Assembly: GCA_045106895.1 (NCBI GenBank)
Contig: JBGCFM010000016.1
Span: 32,001-96,000, forward strand
Direction of reading: 5' to 3'
From: Polyangiales bacterium
GTDB taxonomy: Bacteria; Myxococcota_A; Polyangia; Polyangiales; Houyiibacteriaceae
Length of the DNA: 64,000 nt
The notes below the pieces were generated by a model. The model saw only the letters and a list, made by a program, of their open reading frames with translations. It was not told where the DNA came from and ran no database searches. This document shows, piece after piece, positions 27,775 to 38,043 of this stretch. Numbering within the stretch: the stretch's first letter is position 1; every line of letters begins with the position of its first letter. Position numbers and translations under genes: made by a program.

Positions 27775-29148
27775 TTAGACTCGGCGACCGGTTTTCGCCC
27801 AGTCCCCCTTGAGGTACGCAGCGATGCCGAGGATAGCCTTGAAGACAAAGGAGATTGGGAAGCCCGCCCACACGCCCCAGGGGCCGAGGCCCATGGTCAC
27901 ACCGAGGACATAGCTGAGCGGAATCTGAATACAGGTGCCGACGATGTTGATGCGAAGACTCGTTCGAGTGGCGCCGGACCCACGAAGCACGCCGATGATA
28001 GCAATGTGCACGCCCACGATGGGGATGCCGAAACCAAGGATTCGAATCCACATCACGCTCAGGTCTGCGAGGCGGGTTCCTGCGGGGATCTCGAAGATAC
28101 CGACGAGCTGCGGAGCGCCGATGAGGAGCACGCCGGCGATGACGGTCATGAGCAAGGTGCACAGGACCATCGCAGCTCGGGCTACGCTGCGTGCTCGCGC
28201 CGCATCGCTCGCTCCGAGGGCGTTGCCCACCATCGCGCCGGTGGCTTGGGAGACGCCAAACCCGGGCATGAACGCCAGGGACTGGATTCGGATGCCAACC
28301 CCGTGCGCCGCCACCGCCACGGCGTCCATATGACCGAGCATGCCGACGATGGACGCGAAGCCGGCGTTTAGAACGATCATGTCGAGGGCTGCGGGTGCAC
28401 CGACGACGGCAAGGCGTTTCGAGAGGGCGGCGTCGATCCGCTTGAGGCCGATTTTTAGGTCGATGCCCGGGACGGCACCTCGCTTGAGCAGGGCGACAAG
28501 GAGGATGACACCACAGGCTTGGCTGGCGACGGTGCCGATGGCTGCGCCCTGGACTCCGAGCTGAGGGAGTCCGAAGTTCCCGAGGATCAGGCCGTAGTTG
28601 AAAACGAAGTTGAGCGCGTTGCTGAAGAGGCCGACAAGGAAGGGCAAGCGGGTATTGCCCACGCCGCGCAACACTGCGGCGTAGAGCATGCTCAGGTAAA
28701 AGAAGAGTGAGAAGCTGAGGTTGGGCCTTAGGTAGTCGAGGCAAAGCTCTAGGACAGAGTCGTCCGCGCCGAGGAGGCGGAGGAGCGCGGGCGCGAAGGC
28801 GTTGCCGAGAGCGGCGACGGCGAAGGAGACGAGCACTGTGAGCTGGGTGGATTGCCACAAGATGTGGTTCACCTGCTTCTCGTCCTTGGCGCCGTGGGCC
28901 CGCGCGACGAAGGCGACGGTCCCAACGATGAGACCCATCATGCCGACCATCGCGAGGAACACGACCTGGGTCGCAAAGCCGAGCGCGTTTAGAGCGTCCT
29001 CGTGATTTGGGAGACGCCCGCACATGGCGGTATCGACGACGAGCGCCAGGACACCGAGAATATTCAGCCCGATGACTGGCAGGGCGAGGTCGAAGAGGCG
29101 CCGAGGGACCGAGCGCTCATCGTTGCGCGGCTCTGGCGGAGTGTCCAA
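27775..29148 (-). CDS. MATE family efflux transporter
   Basis: LALP, VDTAM.G.L, LRGVGNTRLP, LGVQGAAIGT, GNALGA, LRGSG; about 12 TMs. Confidence 0.93.
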   Translation of the reverse strand: MDTPPEPRNDERSVPRRLFDLALPVIGLNILGVLALVVDTAMCGRLPNHEDALNALGFATQVVFLAMVGMMGLIVGTVAFVARAHGAKDEKQVNHILWQSTQLTVLVSFAVAALGNAFAPALLRLLGADDSVLELCLDYLRPNLSFSLFFYLSMLYAAVLRGVGNTRLPFLVGLFSNALNFVFNYGLILGNFGLPQLGVQGAAIGTVASQACGVILLVALLKRGAVPGIDLKIGLKRIDAALSKRLAVVGAPAALDMIVLNAGFASIVGMLGHMDAVAVAAHGVGIRIQSLAFMPGFGVSQATGAMVGNALGASDAARARSVARAAMVLCTLLMTVIAGVLLIGAPQLVGIFEIPAGTRLADLSVMWIRILGFGIPIVGVHIAIIGVLRGSGATRTSLRINIVGTCIQIPLSYVLGVTMGLGPWGVWAGFPISFVFKAILGIAAYLKGDWAKTGRRV

Positions 29149-29187
29149 GAGGCGGAGAGTGCCACCCTTTCAAACGGAAGCAAGAAC

Positions 29188-29901
29188 CTAGAAGTTGCGG
29201 CCCAAGACAGAGAGCGCCGCGCACGCGGCGGTGTCCACGCGCAAAATATGAGCGCCCAGGCTCATGGGCTGAAATCCTGCGCCTTCGAGGGCTACGCGCT
29301 CATGGTCGGCGAAGCCTCCCTCGGGGCCCACGGCTACCCACACGTCTTGAGTCTCATCGTGCCCAAGCCGTGTTCCTCCGCTTTGTAGGCGCGCCCATGC
29401 GTAGTAGCGGGCAGACGCGGCGGGAAGCTCCCCAATCGCCTCGTCGAGAGACGCGCGCAGAGCGATCTTCGGGAAGTAGAGACGTTCGCATTGCCGGGTG
29501 GCTTCCATCGCGATTCGCTTCCACCGCTCTCTTTTCTTCTCGCTGTTGTCAGCGCGAGCGCCGGAGCGCTCGGTGTGAACGAAGAGAATGTTCGTGGCAC
29601 CGAGCTCCGTCGCCATGCGGACAATGTCGTCGCTCTTTGCGCCTTTCGGCAAACCCTGAAGAAGTCCAAGTCTTCGAAGTGGCGCAGGTTTTTGAACGAC
29701 CTCCTGGATCCTGGCAGACTTGACGCTCATCTGCGCCGTGGCGAGGCGGCCTTGTCCATCGAAGAGCTCGATGGTGGCTCCGTCTCTGATGCGAAGGACC
29801 TTCGCATGCTGACGTGTCGATTTGCTTAGCTCGACATCTGCGCCGGCGTCGACGCCCGCGAGCGACTCCACATGGAGGCGCCGACCAGGCTCAGGCCTCA
29901 C
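29188..29901 (-). CDS. rsmE: 16S rRNA m3U1498 methyltransferase
   Basis: H..VLR, ATELG, EATRQC.R, VGPEGGF, LGAHILRVDTA; GTGA overlap with the prmA stop. Confidence 0.92.
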   Translation of the reverse strand: MRPEPGRRLHVESLAGVDAGADVELSKSTRQHAKVLRIRDGATIELFDGQGRLATAQMSVKSARIQEVVQKPAPLRRLGLLQGLPKGAKSDDIVRMATELGATNILFVHTERSGARADNSEKKRERWKRIAMEATRQCERLYFPKIALRASLDEAIGELPAASARYYAWARLQSGGTRLGHDETQDVWVAVGPEGGFADHERVALEGAGFQPMSLGAHILRVDTAACAALSVLGRNF

Positions 29902-30761
29902 GAAGCCTTGCTCAAGACGATCGCGCGCCACTCACCGTCTTGTCGCACTCCTTCGAGGTGCAAATCTGCGAAGGCAGGGACGACGTCGTCGACTTGGCCT
30001 GCGAGAACGCCGGAGAGGATCAACGTCCCTCCAGCTCTGACCTTCGAGATGAGCTGCGGCGCCATAGGAATGAGCACATGCGCTTGAATATTGGCGAGGA
30101 CCAGAGGGTAGTTCCCGGTGATCTCATCCAGGTCTGCGCCCCCGACGCTCATCTGCGCGGCGACGCCGTTGAGCTCTGCGTTCTCAAGGGTGGTGTCGAG
30201 CGCGATGGGATCGATGTCGGTCCCGTGAGCGCTCTTTGCACCCAACAAGAGCGCGGCGATGGACAGGATTCCGCTCCCGCATCCGACGTCGAGGATCGGC
30301 TCGTCGGGCTGAACCCGCGCGTCGACTTCGCGAAGAACGAGACGGGTCGTCTCATGCAGTCCACTGCCAAATGCGTTGCCGGGGTCGATGACAAGGACGC
30401 GGGCGCCCTCCGGAGGCGTGGCCTCTTCCCACGATGGCCGCACAAGAATGCGCGGGCTCACGAGGGTGGGCTTGAAGTACTCGCGCCAACCGTCGCGCCA
30501 CTCGTCACCCACGACGAACTCAAGACTCACCGAGTCGCCCACTTCTGGGAGAGCGGAGAGTTCACCGATGGCCGCTTCGGCGTTCTCTTCGTGATCGAAC
30601 GAGGCGATGAGTAGAGTCGTTTCATGCGCGCTCTTCTCAAGCGTCGTGGCGTCGCGTTCTTCGATGCCAGAGGCGCCGAGGATCCAGAGCCGGTCGGAGA
30701 CGGCCTCCACGTGTTCCGGGGCCACGTGAACGTGCACATAAGGGTAGCGGGGTGCGCTCAT
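29898..30761 (-). CDS. prmA: ribosomal protein L11 methyltransferase
   Basis: IDPGNAFGSGLHETT, LDVGCGSGIL, LANI, LILSG. Confidence 0.93.
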   Translation of the reverse strand: MSAPRYPYVHVHVAPEHVEAVSDRLWILGASGIEERDATTLEKSAHETTLLIASFDHEENAEAAIGELSALPEVGDSVSLEFVVGDEWRDGWREYFKPTLVSPRILVRPSWEEATPPEGARVLVIDPGNAFGSGLHETTRLVLREVDARVQPDEPILDVGCGSGILSIAALLLGAKSAHGTDIDPIALDTTLENAELNGVAAQMSVGGADLDEITGNYPLVLANIQAHVLIPMAPQLISKVRAGGTLILSGVLAGQVDDVVPAFADLHLEGVRQDGEWRAIVLSKAS

Positions 30762-30765
30762 ATTT

Positions 30766-31002
30766 TTATCCAGCGAGAAGACGAATGACGATGTAGGCGA
30801 AGAGCAGCGCGCTCCATAGCATGACGCGCGCTTGTCCCTTGGCCTTCCACGCGGCGATGGGTGTGAGCATGGGAAAAAGGCTGCCCCACTTCCAGGCGCG
30901 CGAGAGCTTGCTCTTGAAGATCACACGCAACAAGAGCACGTGGGCGAAGAGCAGAGCCGCGAAGAGCGCTACCGCCGCGATGAGCCAGCCGAGGGCGCTC
31001 AC
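30766..31002 (-). CDS. small hypothetical membrane protein
   Basis: Hydrophobic 78 aa ORF tightly packed between hom (GTGA overlap) and prmA. Confidence 0.6.
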   Translation of the reverse strand: MSALGWLIAAVALFAALLFAHVLLLRVIFKSKLSRAWKWGSLFPMLTPIAAWKAKGQARVMLWSALLFAYIVIRLLAG

Positions 31003-32357
31003 GAATCCTCGATCACCAGGGCTTGGGGGGTCCCATCGACGTGACGCAGGCGGGAAAGCTCGCGGAGGGCTTCGCGGAGGTCTCCTTCACGTGCTTCGTG
31101 CGTCAAAATGATGAGCGTGGCTGCGTCGCCGCTTGCCTCTTGAACCATCTGCTCGATGCTCACACCAAAGCCGCCGAGGACTCCCGCAATACGAGCGAGG
31201 GCACCGATGCGGTCGAGAACGCTCAGCCGAAGGTAAAAGCGAGAGCGTCGTTCTTCCGGCGAGCAGATGGGCCAATCTCGAAGGCTCGCGCCACGAAACG
31301 CGCGAGAGGGGACTCGGCCGTGTGCTCGTGCCAGCATATTGCGGCCCACGTCGACGATATCGCTGACGACGCTCATGGCCGTAGGAAGAGCGCCTGCGCC
31401 GGGACCGCTAAGGAGGCAGGGCCCGACCATGAGGCCTTCTACGAAGACGGCGTTGAGCGCGCCGTGAATATTGGCGAGGACCGACCCTTTGGGCACCAGG
31501 GTGGGGTGCACTCGCACGTCGAGGGTTCCGTCCTCCATAGGAGCGGCGAGGGCTAGCGGCTTGATGACGTAGCCAAAGCGCGCCGCGTAGAGCATGTCTT
31601 GCGCGCTGAGTGTGTCGATGCCGCTTGTGGTGATCTGATCGGGATGGATCTTGGCGCCGTATGCGAGCGTCGTAAGGATCGCGAGCTTGTGCGCGGCGTC
31701 ACCGCCACCGACGTCGAGGGTGGGGTCCGCTTCTGCGTAGCCAGCTTCCTGGGCGCCTTTCAGCGCTTCGGCAAAGCCGATGCCTTCGGCGGACATGCGG
31801 GAGACGATGTAGTTACTCGTTCCGTTCACGATGCCACGCAGCGCGACGATGCGGTCGGAGGCGAGACCTTCGCGCAACACACGAATGATTGGGATGCCGC
31901 CAGCGACGGCGGCCTCGAAGTAGAGGTCGACCTGTTTCGCTTCGGCGGTCTGTAGAAGGACATCGCCCTTCTCGGCGACGAGGGCCTTATTGGCGGTGAC
32001 CACGTGTTTTCCGCGCTCGAGCGCTGCCGTGAGAACCTCATCGGCGAGCGTCGTACCGCCCATGACTTCCACGACGACCTCGACGCGTGGATCGTCCACG
32101 ACCTCAAAGGGGTCGCTGCAGATCTTGTCGCTTGGAACGATGGCGTCACGTGTTTTTGTGACGTCGCCCACAGCGATACGATGCACGTCGATGGGTGCGC
32201 CGAGGCGACCTTCAATGGTCTCGCGGTTATCGCGAAGGAGTTGGAGAATTCCCGTGCCCACAACACCACAGCCGACGAGCCCGACTCCGATCCGCCGCGG
32301 CGCGCGCCGCTCCGATTGGCGGCGTTCCGATTCACGTCGTTCTGAGTCCTGGGTCAC
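30999..32357 (-). CDS. hom: homoserine dehydrogenase with C-terminal ACT domain
   Basis: GLVGCGVVG, HVVTANK, EAAVAGGIP, NGTSNYI, GYAEADPTLDV, GAGALPTA, ACT tail. Confidence 0.96.
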   Translation of the reverse strand: MTQDSERRESERRQSERRAPRRIGVGLVGCGVVGTGILQLLRDNRETIEGRLGAPIDVHRIAVGDVTKTRDAIVPSDKICSDPFEVVDDPRVEVVVEVMGGTTLADEVLTAALERGKHVVTANKALVAEKGDVLLQTAEAKQVDLYFEAAVAGGIPIIRVLREGLASDRIVALRGIVNGTSNYIVSRMSAEGIGFAEALKGAQEAGYAEADPTLDVGGGDAAHKLAILTTLAYGAKIHPDQITTSGIDTLSAQDMLYAARFGYVIKPLALAAPMEDGTLDVRVHPTLVPKGSVLANIHGALNAVFVEGLMVGPCLLSGPGAGALPTAMSVVSDIVDVGRNMLARAHGRVPSRAFRGASLRDWPICSPEERRSRFYLRLSVLDRIGALARIAGVLGGFGVSIEQMVQEASGDAATLIILTHEAREGDLREALRELSRLRHVDGTPQALVIEDS

Positions 32358-33184
32358 GGTTGGATCTCCACCAGCCACGAAGCGGATGGTTTCGCGACAT
32401 CACCACAGCCAAGAACTTGAGGTGCGTGCATGACCTTTCGGAGCGTGCGCTCGAAGGCCGCTCCCTCGCTCTGGAAGGTGACTCGTATCTCCGTCGCGTT
32501 CATTTCCTGCACGTCTTTCAAGCTGAATATCCCGCTCGGGTGAGAGGCCAGAAGGGATGCTTCGGCGGCTTGGACCGCGCCCGGGTAGCAGACGCGGCCG
32601 CGGAGTTTGTCCGTCGGGAGCTCCGTGAAAGGAAGCGCGGCTTGGTCTGTATTTAGGTGACCGTGACAAAAGCCGCTCGGGAGCGTCAGCGTCGTGGCAG
32701 CGAAACGATGACCCCCGAGATGACTTGTCATCCAAACATCCGGGCTCGTCTCGCGGGCGCGAAAGTAAGAGCCGCCTTCGAGGGCGCAACAGCGGTCGCG
32801 CTTTCCATGAACGCACACCAAGTGAATGGGCCGCGACGAGGCCTCGCTTCTAAGGGCCGACTGAAGATCGAAGGTTTCGAACTCAGAATCTTCCAGGTCG
32901 AACTGGTGAAGGGTACCCGAGGGACCAGGCGAACAAATGTAGACGCGCCGAGGACCCGCGCACCGCGACGGGTGGCGGATGAGCTGCAGTCGCGCCCCGA
33001 GCGTTTCGACCCAGGACTCCAGGACCGACCGAATCGCGTCGAGGCCACCGGAACGGATTGCCTTAGGCGCCCAAGCGCACCGCTCCTCGACGGCGAGGAC
33101 CACCTTTGCGTGAGCGGCGGTGCCGGCGAGGGGTTCTTGGCGCGAGCGGGAAATCTCCGCGCAAAGCGGAACGGCCGCGGTCAT
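32354..33184 (-). CDS. sucrase/ferredoxin-like (Suc_Fer) 2Fe-2S protein
   Basis: EPLAGTA, LVCVHGKRDRCCA, W..SHLGGHRFA. Confidence 0.88.
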   Translation of the reverse strand: MTAAVPLCAEISRSRQEPLAGTAAHAKVVLAVEERCAWAPKAIRSGGLDAIRSVLESWVETLGARLQLIRHPSRCAGPRRVYICSPGPSGTLHQFDLEDSEFETFDLQSALRSEASSRPIHLVCVHGKRDRCCALEGGSYFRARETSPDVWMTSHLGGHRFAATTLTLPSGFCHGHLNTDQAALPFTELPTDKLRGRVCYPGAVQAAEASLLASHPSGIFSLKDVQEMNATEIRVTFQSEGAAFERTLRKVMHAPQVLGCGDVAKPSASWLVEIQP

Positions 33185-33189
33185 GCGAA

Positions 33190-33513
33190 CTAGATGTCTT
33201 CGTCTGGACCGAGGGGGAGCTTCCGGGCCATCTCCTCCGCAGCACCTTGGGTCGCAGCTTCTCGGCGTTCGGCGATCGCTCGATTCCAAACTTCGAAGGA
33301 AGCCTCGAAGGTCTCATGGCGGCGTGTCGCACGATGCCGATAGCGCTCGAGGGCGCGTCGGTCTTCAGGCGGTGCGTCTTCGAGGGCCGAATTGACCTCC
33401 GTGAGGACCATTTCCGCACGCGCGAGGGCATCGAGGAAGTTGTCGCGCTTGGCGAAATTTTGCGCTTGGACCATCCACTTGTCCCAGCGCTCTTGGGGGC
33501 TCAGCTCAGCCAT
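33190..33513 (-). CDS. hypothetical helical protein
   Basis: 107 aa ORF packed 5 nt upstream of the next gene, helical composition. Confidence 0.6.
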   Translation of the reverse strand: MAELSPQERWDKWMVQAQNFAKRDNFLDALARAEMVLTEVNSALEDAPPEDRRALERYRHRATRRHETFEASFEVWNRAIAERREAATQGAAEEMARKLPLGPDEDI

Positions 33514-33599
33514 GGCCGCACTCTACGCGTACTGGAGGAATGCGCCAGCACTGAGATTGAGCTTTGACGGAGGGTCAGCGGCCCCTTATATCCGCGGCG

Positions 33600-34118
33600 A
33601 TGGCCAGTGACCTCAGAGCCCCACGCGAGATCACCGCGCTCCTGGGCCAAGGAGCCTCCTACCATGGGAAGCTCACCTTCGAGGGACGTGTGCGTATCGA
33701 CGGCGAGTTTGATGGGGAAGTTTTCAGCCCAGGGACCCTCGTTATCGGCGAAGGCGCCGAAATTCGCGGAACTCTCGACGTTGGCGTCCTCATCGTCCTT
33801 GGAGGCGAAGTTTGGGGCAAAGTGCACGCCCGCGAGCTCGTCGAGGTTCACGCCGCGGCGGTAGTGCATGCGGATGTGGAGACACCGCAGGTGTTCATCG
33901 ACCGTGGCGCCATCTTCGATGGCCGCTGCACAATGGGTGGCGACGCGAGAACGCCTTCCACGCAACATGATCTCAGCGGAGAGCACCTCCTCGATGAACT
34001 CAGCGCTTCCGTGGAGCTTGGGTCCACAGAGCTGGAGCTCGACGAGGCGGAAGAGACGTACGACGACCTCGACACGAGTGCGCTGAAGCCAGACGACTCC
34101 GATCCCTCCGAAGAGTAG
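33600..34118 (+). CDS. bactofilin (polymer-forming cytoskeletal protein) with acidic tail
   Basis: LLGQGASYHGKLTFEGRVRIDGEFDGEV...GAIFDGRCTM beta-helix pattern. Confidence 0.92.
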   Translation: MASDLRAPREITALLGQGASYHGKLTFEGRVRIDGEFDGEVFSPGTLVIGEGAEIRGTLDVGVLIVLGGEVWGKVHARELVEVHAAAVVHADVETPQVFIDRGAIFDGRCTMGGDARTPSTQHDLSGEHLLDELSASVELGSTELELDEAEETYDDLDTSALKPDDSDPSEE

Positions 34119-34130
34119 CGCTCTATTCGC

Positions 34131-35429
34131 TCAGTCGAAGGCTGCGCCGAGCTGAAGGCCCAAGTTGAACGCTCGGTCCTTGCCCGTGATCTCGTTGGCG
34201 CCCGTCGCGATGGGCTCCGTTGCGTCTCCACTAAAGTTGAGACCGTAGCGGGTCACGCCAGCGCGGACACCAAAGACGAAGGAGCCGAAGCGTCCTTCGA
34301 GCGTCGCCCCGAGATCGAAGCCTGCGGCGGTGCCATCGTCGCCGAAGTCATCGCCGATATCACCAACGCTGAGGCCGTGGCGGTATGCACCGTCGATTCG
34401 CACCCGGAGCTTGTTCTCAAGGAGGCGGATCGACGCCATCGCTCCGACTCGGAGCTGGCTGTAGGATGTGCTCGCGAGAACACCATTGTCGGCAAGACTG
34501 AACGCGTCCACGCCAAAGCCGGCGAGGATACCGAATCGAACAGCGTCCTCCGCCACGGGAAAGACGTAACCGATCTGAATCATGAGGCGCCACGCGGACG
34601 AGTCGATGGGGGTGTTCTCATCGGGCGTGGACGTGTCTTCCGTCGACAGTGAGATACTGTGGGCGAACTCGCCCTCAAGGTAGAGGCCTCGCGAACCGTT
34701 GTCGGCTCGGCCGAGTGGGAAGCTCTCCGCTCGGACATGAATCTCGCCGTGAAACGATGCGACGTAGCCGCGTTCGCCGCGGTTTGGCTCGAAGGTTACA
34801 TTTGCGTTGCGGTCTCGGGCTTCGGCGCCAACGACGACGCGAATACGAGGCCACCCCGTACTGATCGTTTCGCCGTCGTCATCGTCGTCGTCGTCCTCTT
34901 CTTCTTCTTCGTCGTCGTCGTCTTCGTTGTTCGTCATGTCTTCCCACGCGTCCCGCTCGTCTTCATCGGACTCGCGCGACTCGATGTTTGACTGCGCTTG
35001 CTCAAGCAACTGACGTGACGCCGCAGCGACACGTCGCCGTCCCGTACGACCTGGGGCCGCGTTCGATTCCGAACTTGCGATTTCGACGCCACGCGCGTCA
35101 TAAGCGCGGAGTGAAAGACGAGCTCTCCGCCCGCGTCCACGAACTCGCCCGCGGATAAGAATGGTTGCGCCGGTCTCTTCGGCGGCTGCCTGAAGTCCCT
35201 CGCGGGTGTCGACTTCAACACCTGCGCTCGAGGCGGCAGACTCTGCCCGGCGAACCGGGAGCAACTCGACCTGTCGCTGAATGCCTCGAACGACATAGTT
35301 GCGAACTCGCCGGTTCCCCGGTCCATCGAAGTTGAGAACAATTGCCGTGTTGTCCTGCGCAAACGCGGAGGAGGTGCCGGTGCACCACAAGAGGGGGAGT
35401 AACAGCGCTCCAAGGACGCATTTACGCAT
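34131..35429 (-). CDS. secreted protein: N-terminal alpha/beta domain, acidic linker, C-terminal beta-barrel
   Basis: Signal peptide AFA-Q; poly-D/E linker; amphipathic strands ending LGAAFD. Confidence 0.7.
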   Translation of the reverse strand: MRKCVLGALLLPLLWCTGTSSAFAQDNTAIVLNFDGPGNRRVRNYVVRGIQRQVELLPVRRAESAASSAGVEVDTREGLQAAAEETGATILIRGRVRGRGRRARLSLRAYDARGVEIASSESNAAPGRTGRRRVAAASRQLLEQAQSNIESRESDEDERDAWEDMTNNEDDDDEEEEEDDDDDDDGETISTGWPRIRVVVGAEARDRNANVTFEPNRGERGYVASFHGEIHVRAESFPLGRADNGSRGLYLEGEFAHSISLSTEDTSTPDENTPIDSSAWRLMIQIGYVFPVAEDAVRFGILAGFGVDAFSLADNGVLASTSYSQLRVGAMASIRLLENKLRVRIDGAYRHGLSVGDIGDDFGDDGTAAGFDLGATLEGRFGSFVFGVRAGVTRYGLNFSGDATEPIATGANEITGKDRAFNLGLQLGAAFD

Positions 35430-35587
35430 TTCTGAAGCCTATCAGATCCAGCCCAGAGACATCTTGAGCATCTTTCGAGGAACTCCGGATGGCCCAAATG
35501 GGGGGCTGGCCAACCATGCGTTTGGTCCAAAAGTTCCTTAGAGTGAATGCTTTACGCCTCTCAGGCGTCTTTCAGAGGAGCAAGCCT

Positions 35588-36160
35588 ATGCAACATTCGA
35601 AGTTTCGATATGCGCTTATGGCGCTCCTCCTCGGCCTATTTTCCTCCGCACCTGCGGACGCGCAGCTCGACCCAAATCGCGGAATCCGGACTCACACTGT
35701 GCCAGCACAAGGCACCAGCGTTCGTTTCGGCGTCGCGAACGTCGAGCTGGACTTCCCGATGCAGGAGGTTGTGGATCTGCTTCACGACTATGGTCGCTTT
35801 GAGGAGTTCCTACCGCACTTTCAGAGTTCTCGAATCTTGTCGCGTCGCGGAAACCGGGCGCTGATGTACGTCGAGGTGACGGCGGCTCGCGACACGATCA
35901 CCCTGTGGGCGCAAACCCGCGTCTCGAGCCGCGACGAAAACGGTACCCGCGTGATCGAAGCTCGCATGACGGAGGGCAACCTCGACCATTTCGTTGTTCG
36001 TTGGGAGATCTCTTCCATCGACGCGACGCACACACGCGTGAACTTCCGGCTCCTCGCCGACCCCCAAGTGCCACTTCCTGCATCGATCATGAACACGGAG
36101 AACGAGCGCTTCTCGCGGCTCGTGCTCAACGCCATTCGTCTTCGACTCGAATCTAGATAG
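35588..36160 (+). CDS. secreted SRPBCC/START (polyketide cyclase-like) protein
   Basis: Signal peptide ADA-Q; V.D...DY..F.EFLP, GN...F...W.I pattern. Confidence 0.75.
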   Translation: MQHSKFRYALMALLLGLFSSAPADAQLDPNRGIRTHTVPAQGTSVRFGVANVELDFPMQEVVDLLHDYGRFEEFLPHFQSSRILSRRGNRALMYVEVTAARDTITLWAQTRVSSRDENGTRVIEARMTEGNLDHFVVRWEISSIDATHTRVNFRLLADPQVPLPASIMNTENERFSRLVLNAIRLRLESR

Positions 36161-36648
36161 AAAGGGAAGGGCGCGTGTTCACTCGCCCTCGACGCGCTCG
36201 AAGTGCAAATGCGGACTCGCTTCGTCTAGCCCGCTGACCTGCGCGCGAAAACTCCATTCACGGCGCAGCTCCAGGGACCCCACGCGCGCCCCGCCGCTAA
36301 CTTCGCCTTCGATGGTCGCGTGAGTGGGGGCGACGCTGCACGAGAGCTCCTCAAGAGTCACGCTGACCCTCGTGTGGGAAGCCGCACCCTGCCCACGGCA
36401 ACGCTCATATTACCCGTCTCTTGTGGCTGAACCTGAATGCCCTCGACTTGGATGTGAGTTCCGGCCTCGCCGCCGAGGACGACTTCGAGTGCGGTGATGT
36501 CGACCCGCTCGAAGTGGGATGCTCGGTTCATGTCGAAGGCCCTCAGCATCCTCACGATGGCGGCGCTTCCACGTGGGCCGGGCGTTTGAGCCTCGAGGTG
36601 ACCAAACCATGACGTGACACTCGCCAAGCCCAGACGCACGATCGGCAT

Positions 36649-37326
36649 GTGAACACCGTCGACACACCTGATTTGCCTGCCACCGATTCTCCGGAGTTGA
36701 ACAACGTGCGCCCAAAGTTTCGGGGAGCTCTTCACGCCTGGGCTGTGTTGCCCTTCGTCGTCGCGGGCGTGCTCTTGGTGATCGCCGCCGGCGCCGACGC
36801 GCGGTGGCCAATCGTCGCGTACGTTCTCAGCGTCGTTGGTTGCCTGGGGACGAGCGCGCTCTACCACCGCGTGGACTGGAGGCCTACCTGGTACGCCCGC
36901 ATGCGCCGTCTCGATCACGCGATGATCTTCGTGCTCATCGTGGGGACATGGACGCCGCTGTGCCTCGTGGCCTGCCGAGGCCGGGATATTGGAACCCTCT
37001 TTACGGCTCTGTGCGTGATGGCGGGAATGGGTGTGGCCATCACACTGTTCTGGACCGGCGCCCCCAAGTGGCTTCGGGCCGTTATCTATCTCGCCGTAGG
37101 CTGGATGGGGGTCCTCGCCGTGCCTCATGTCTACGCTTCGATGGGGAGCCTTGGCGTGGGCCTTCTCGCTTTGGGCGGCCTGCTCTACTCCATCGGCGCG
37201 CTCGCGTACGCCCTTCAGTGGCCAAACCCGGCACCGCGAGTCTTTGGCTACCACGAGATCTTTCACGCTCTCGTGATCTTGGCGGCGGCCGCACATTTCG
37301 CACTCGTCGCGACCGCCGTCGCGTGA
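36649..37326 (+). CDS. hemolysin III / PAQR family membrane protein
   Basis: RG..H, SALYH, RRLDHAMIFVLI.GT.TP, GG..YSIGA, FGYHEIFH. Confidence 0.93.
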   Translation: MNTVDTPDLPATDSPELNNVRPKFRGALHAWAVLPFVVAGVLLVIAAGADARWPIVAYVLSVVGCLGTSALYHRVDWRPTWYARMRRLDHAMIFVLIVGTWTPLCLVACRGRDIGTLFTALCVMAGMGVAITLFWTGAPKWLRAVIYLAVGWMGVLAVPHVYASMGSLGVGLLALGGLLYSIGALAYALQWPNPAPRVFGYHEIFHALVILAAAAHFALVATAVA

Positions 37327-37551
37327 GTGCAAACTTCGTACACCTCTAAGTCTGGCGATTTTGCCTCAAATTTCGGACTTCACCAGCCTGCGGCAGCCTC
37401 AGCTTTGCTCCGCGACGACAGACCCCAAAAACACCCAACTTTCCTCGGTTGACTGCCTCAAACCCCATGCTATCCAGCGCCCGAAAGGGCCCTGCGAAGG
37501 GTCCTCTAAACCAAGGCGGTGCCTCTCTGACCCCGCCTTTTCGAGGCCCCG

Positions 37552-38043
37552 ATGCTACTCCTCAGTCTTCTCTATGGCTCCGTTGTCCCCGGGACAGTTT
37601 TTCTGTCCGGCAGCCTCATCGATCTGGACGGCACGGTCTTCATTCAGCTCGGCCTTTTCGTCGTCGCTTTCTTCATCCTAAAGGCTCTCGTCTTCAAGCC
37701 CATCATCGCGCTCATCGAAGCACGTGAAGAGGCCATCGAGGGTGCCATCGAAGAAGCCAAGGCGATGACCGTCGAGGCAAAGTCCGCCGAAGAAGAGTTC
37801 GAGGTGGAGATGCGCCGCGTTCGCCGAACGGCAGCCGCCGAGCGCGACAAGCTTCGCGCCGAGGGCAAGAAGCTTGAGGCGACGGTCCTCGACAAGGTTC
37901 GAGACGAGACCGCTGCCCAGCTCGACGCTGCGGAAGAATCCCTCGCCAAAGAGGCGAAGAAAGCCCGCTCGGCGATGGAGTCTCACACCCCGGTTCTGGC
38001 GAAGCAGATCGCTTCGAAGCTCTTGCAAAGGGATGTGGTCTGA
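37552..38043 (+). CDS. atpF: ATP synthase F0 subunit b'
   Basis: IDLDGTVFIQL..F...LVFKP....REEAIEG then coiled coil; first gene of the atp cluster. Confidence 0.88.
   Translation: MLLLSLLYGSVVPGTVFLSGSLIDLDGTVFIQLGLFVVAFFILKALVFKPIIALIEAREEAIEGAIEEAKAMTVEAKSAEEEFEVEMRRVRRTAAAERDKLRAEGKKLEATVLDKVRDETAAQLDAAEESLAKEAKKARSAMESHTPVLAKQIASKLLQRDVV

Noticed and set aside
27614..29023. 469 aa Arg/Pro-rich alternative-frame ORF within the MATE gene
   Set aside because: Composition typical of an off-frame GC-rich translation.
36358..37332. 324 aa minus-strand ORF
   Set aside because: Mostly antisense to the hemolysin III gene; only its last ~85 codons might be coding (listed as a low-interest finding).
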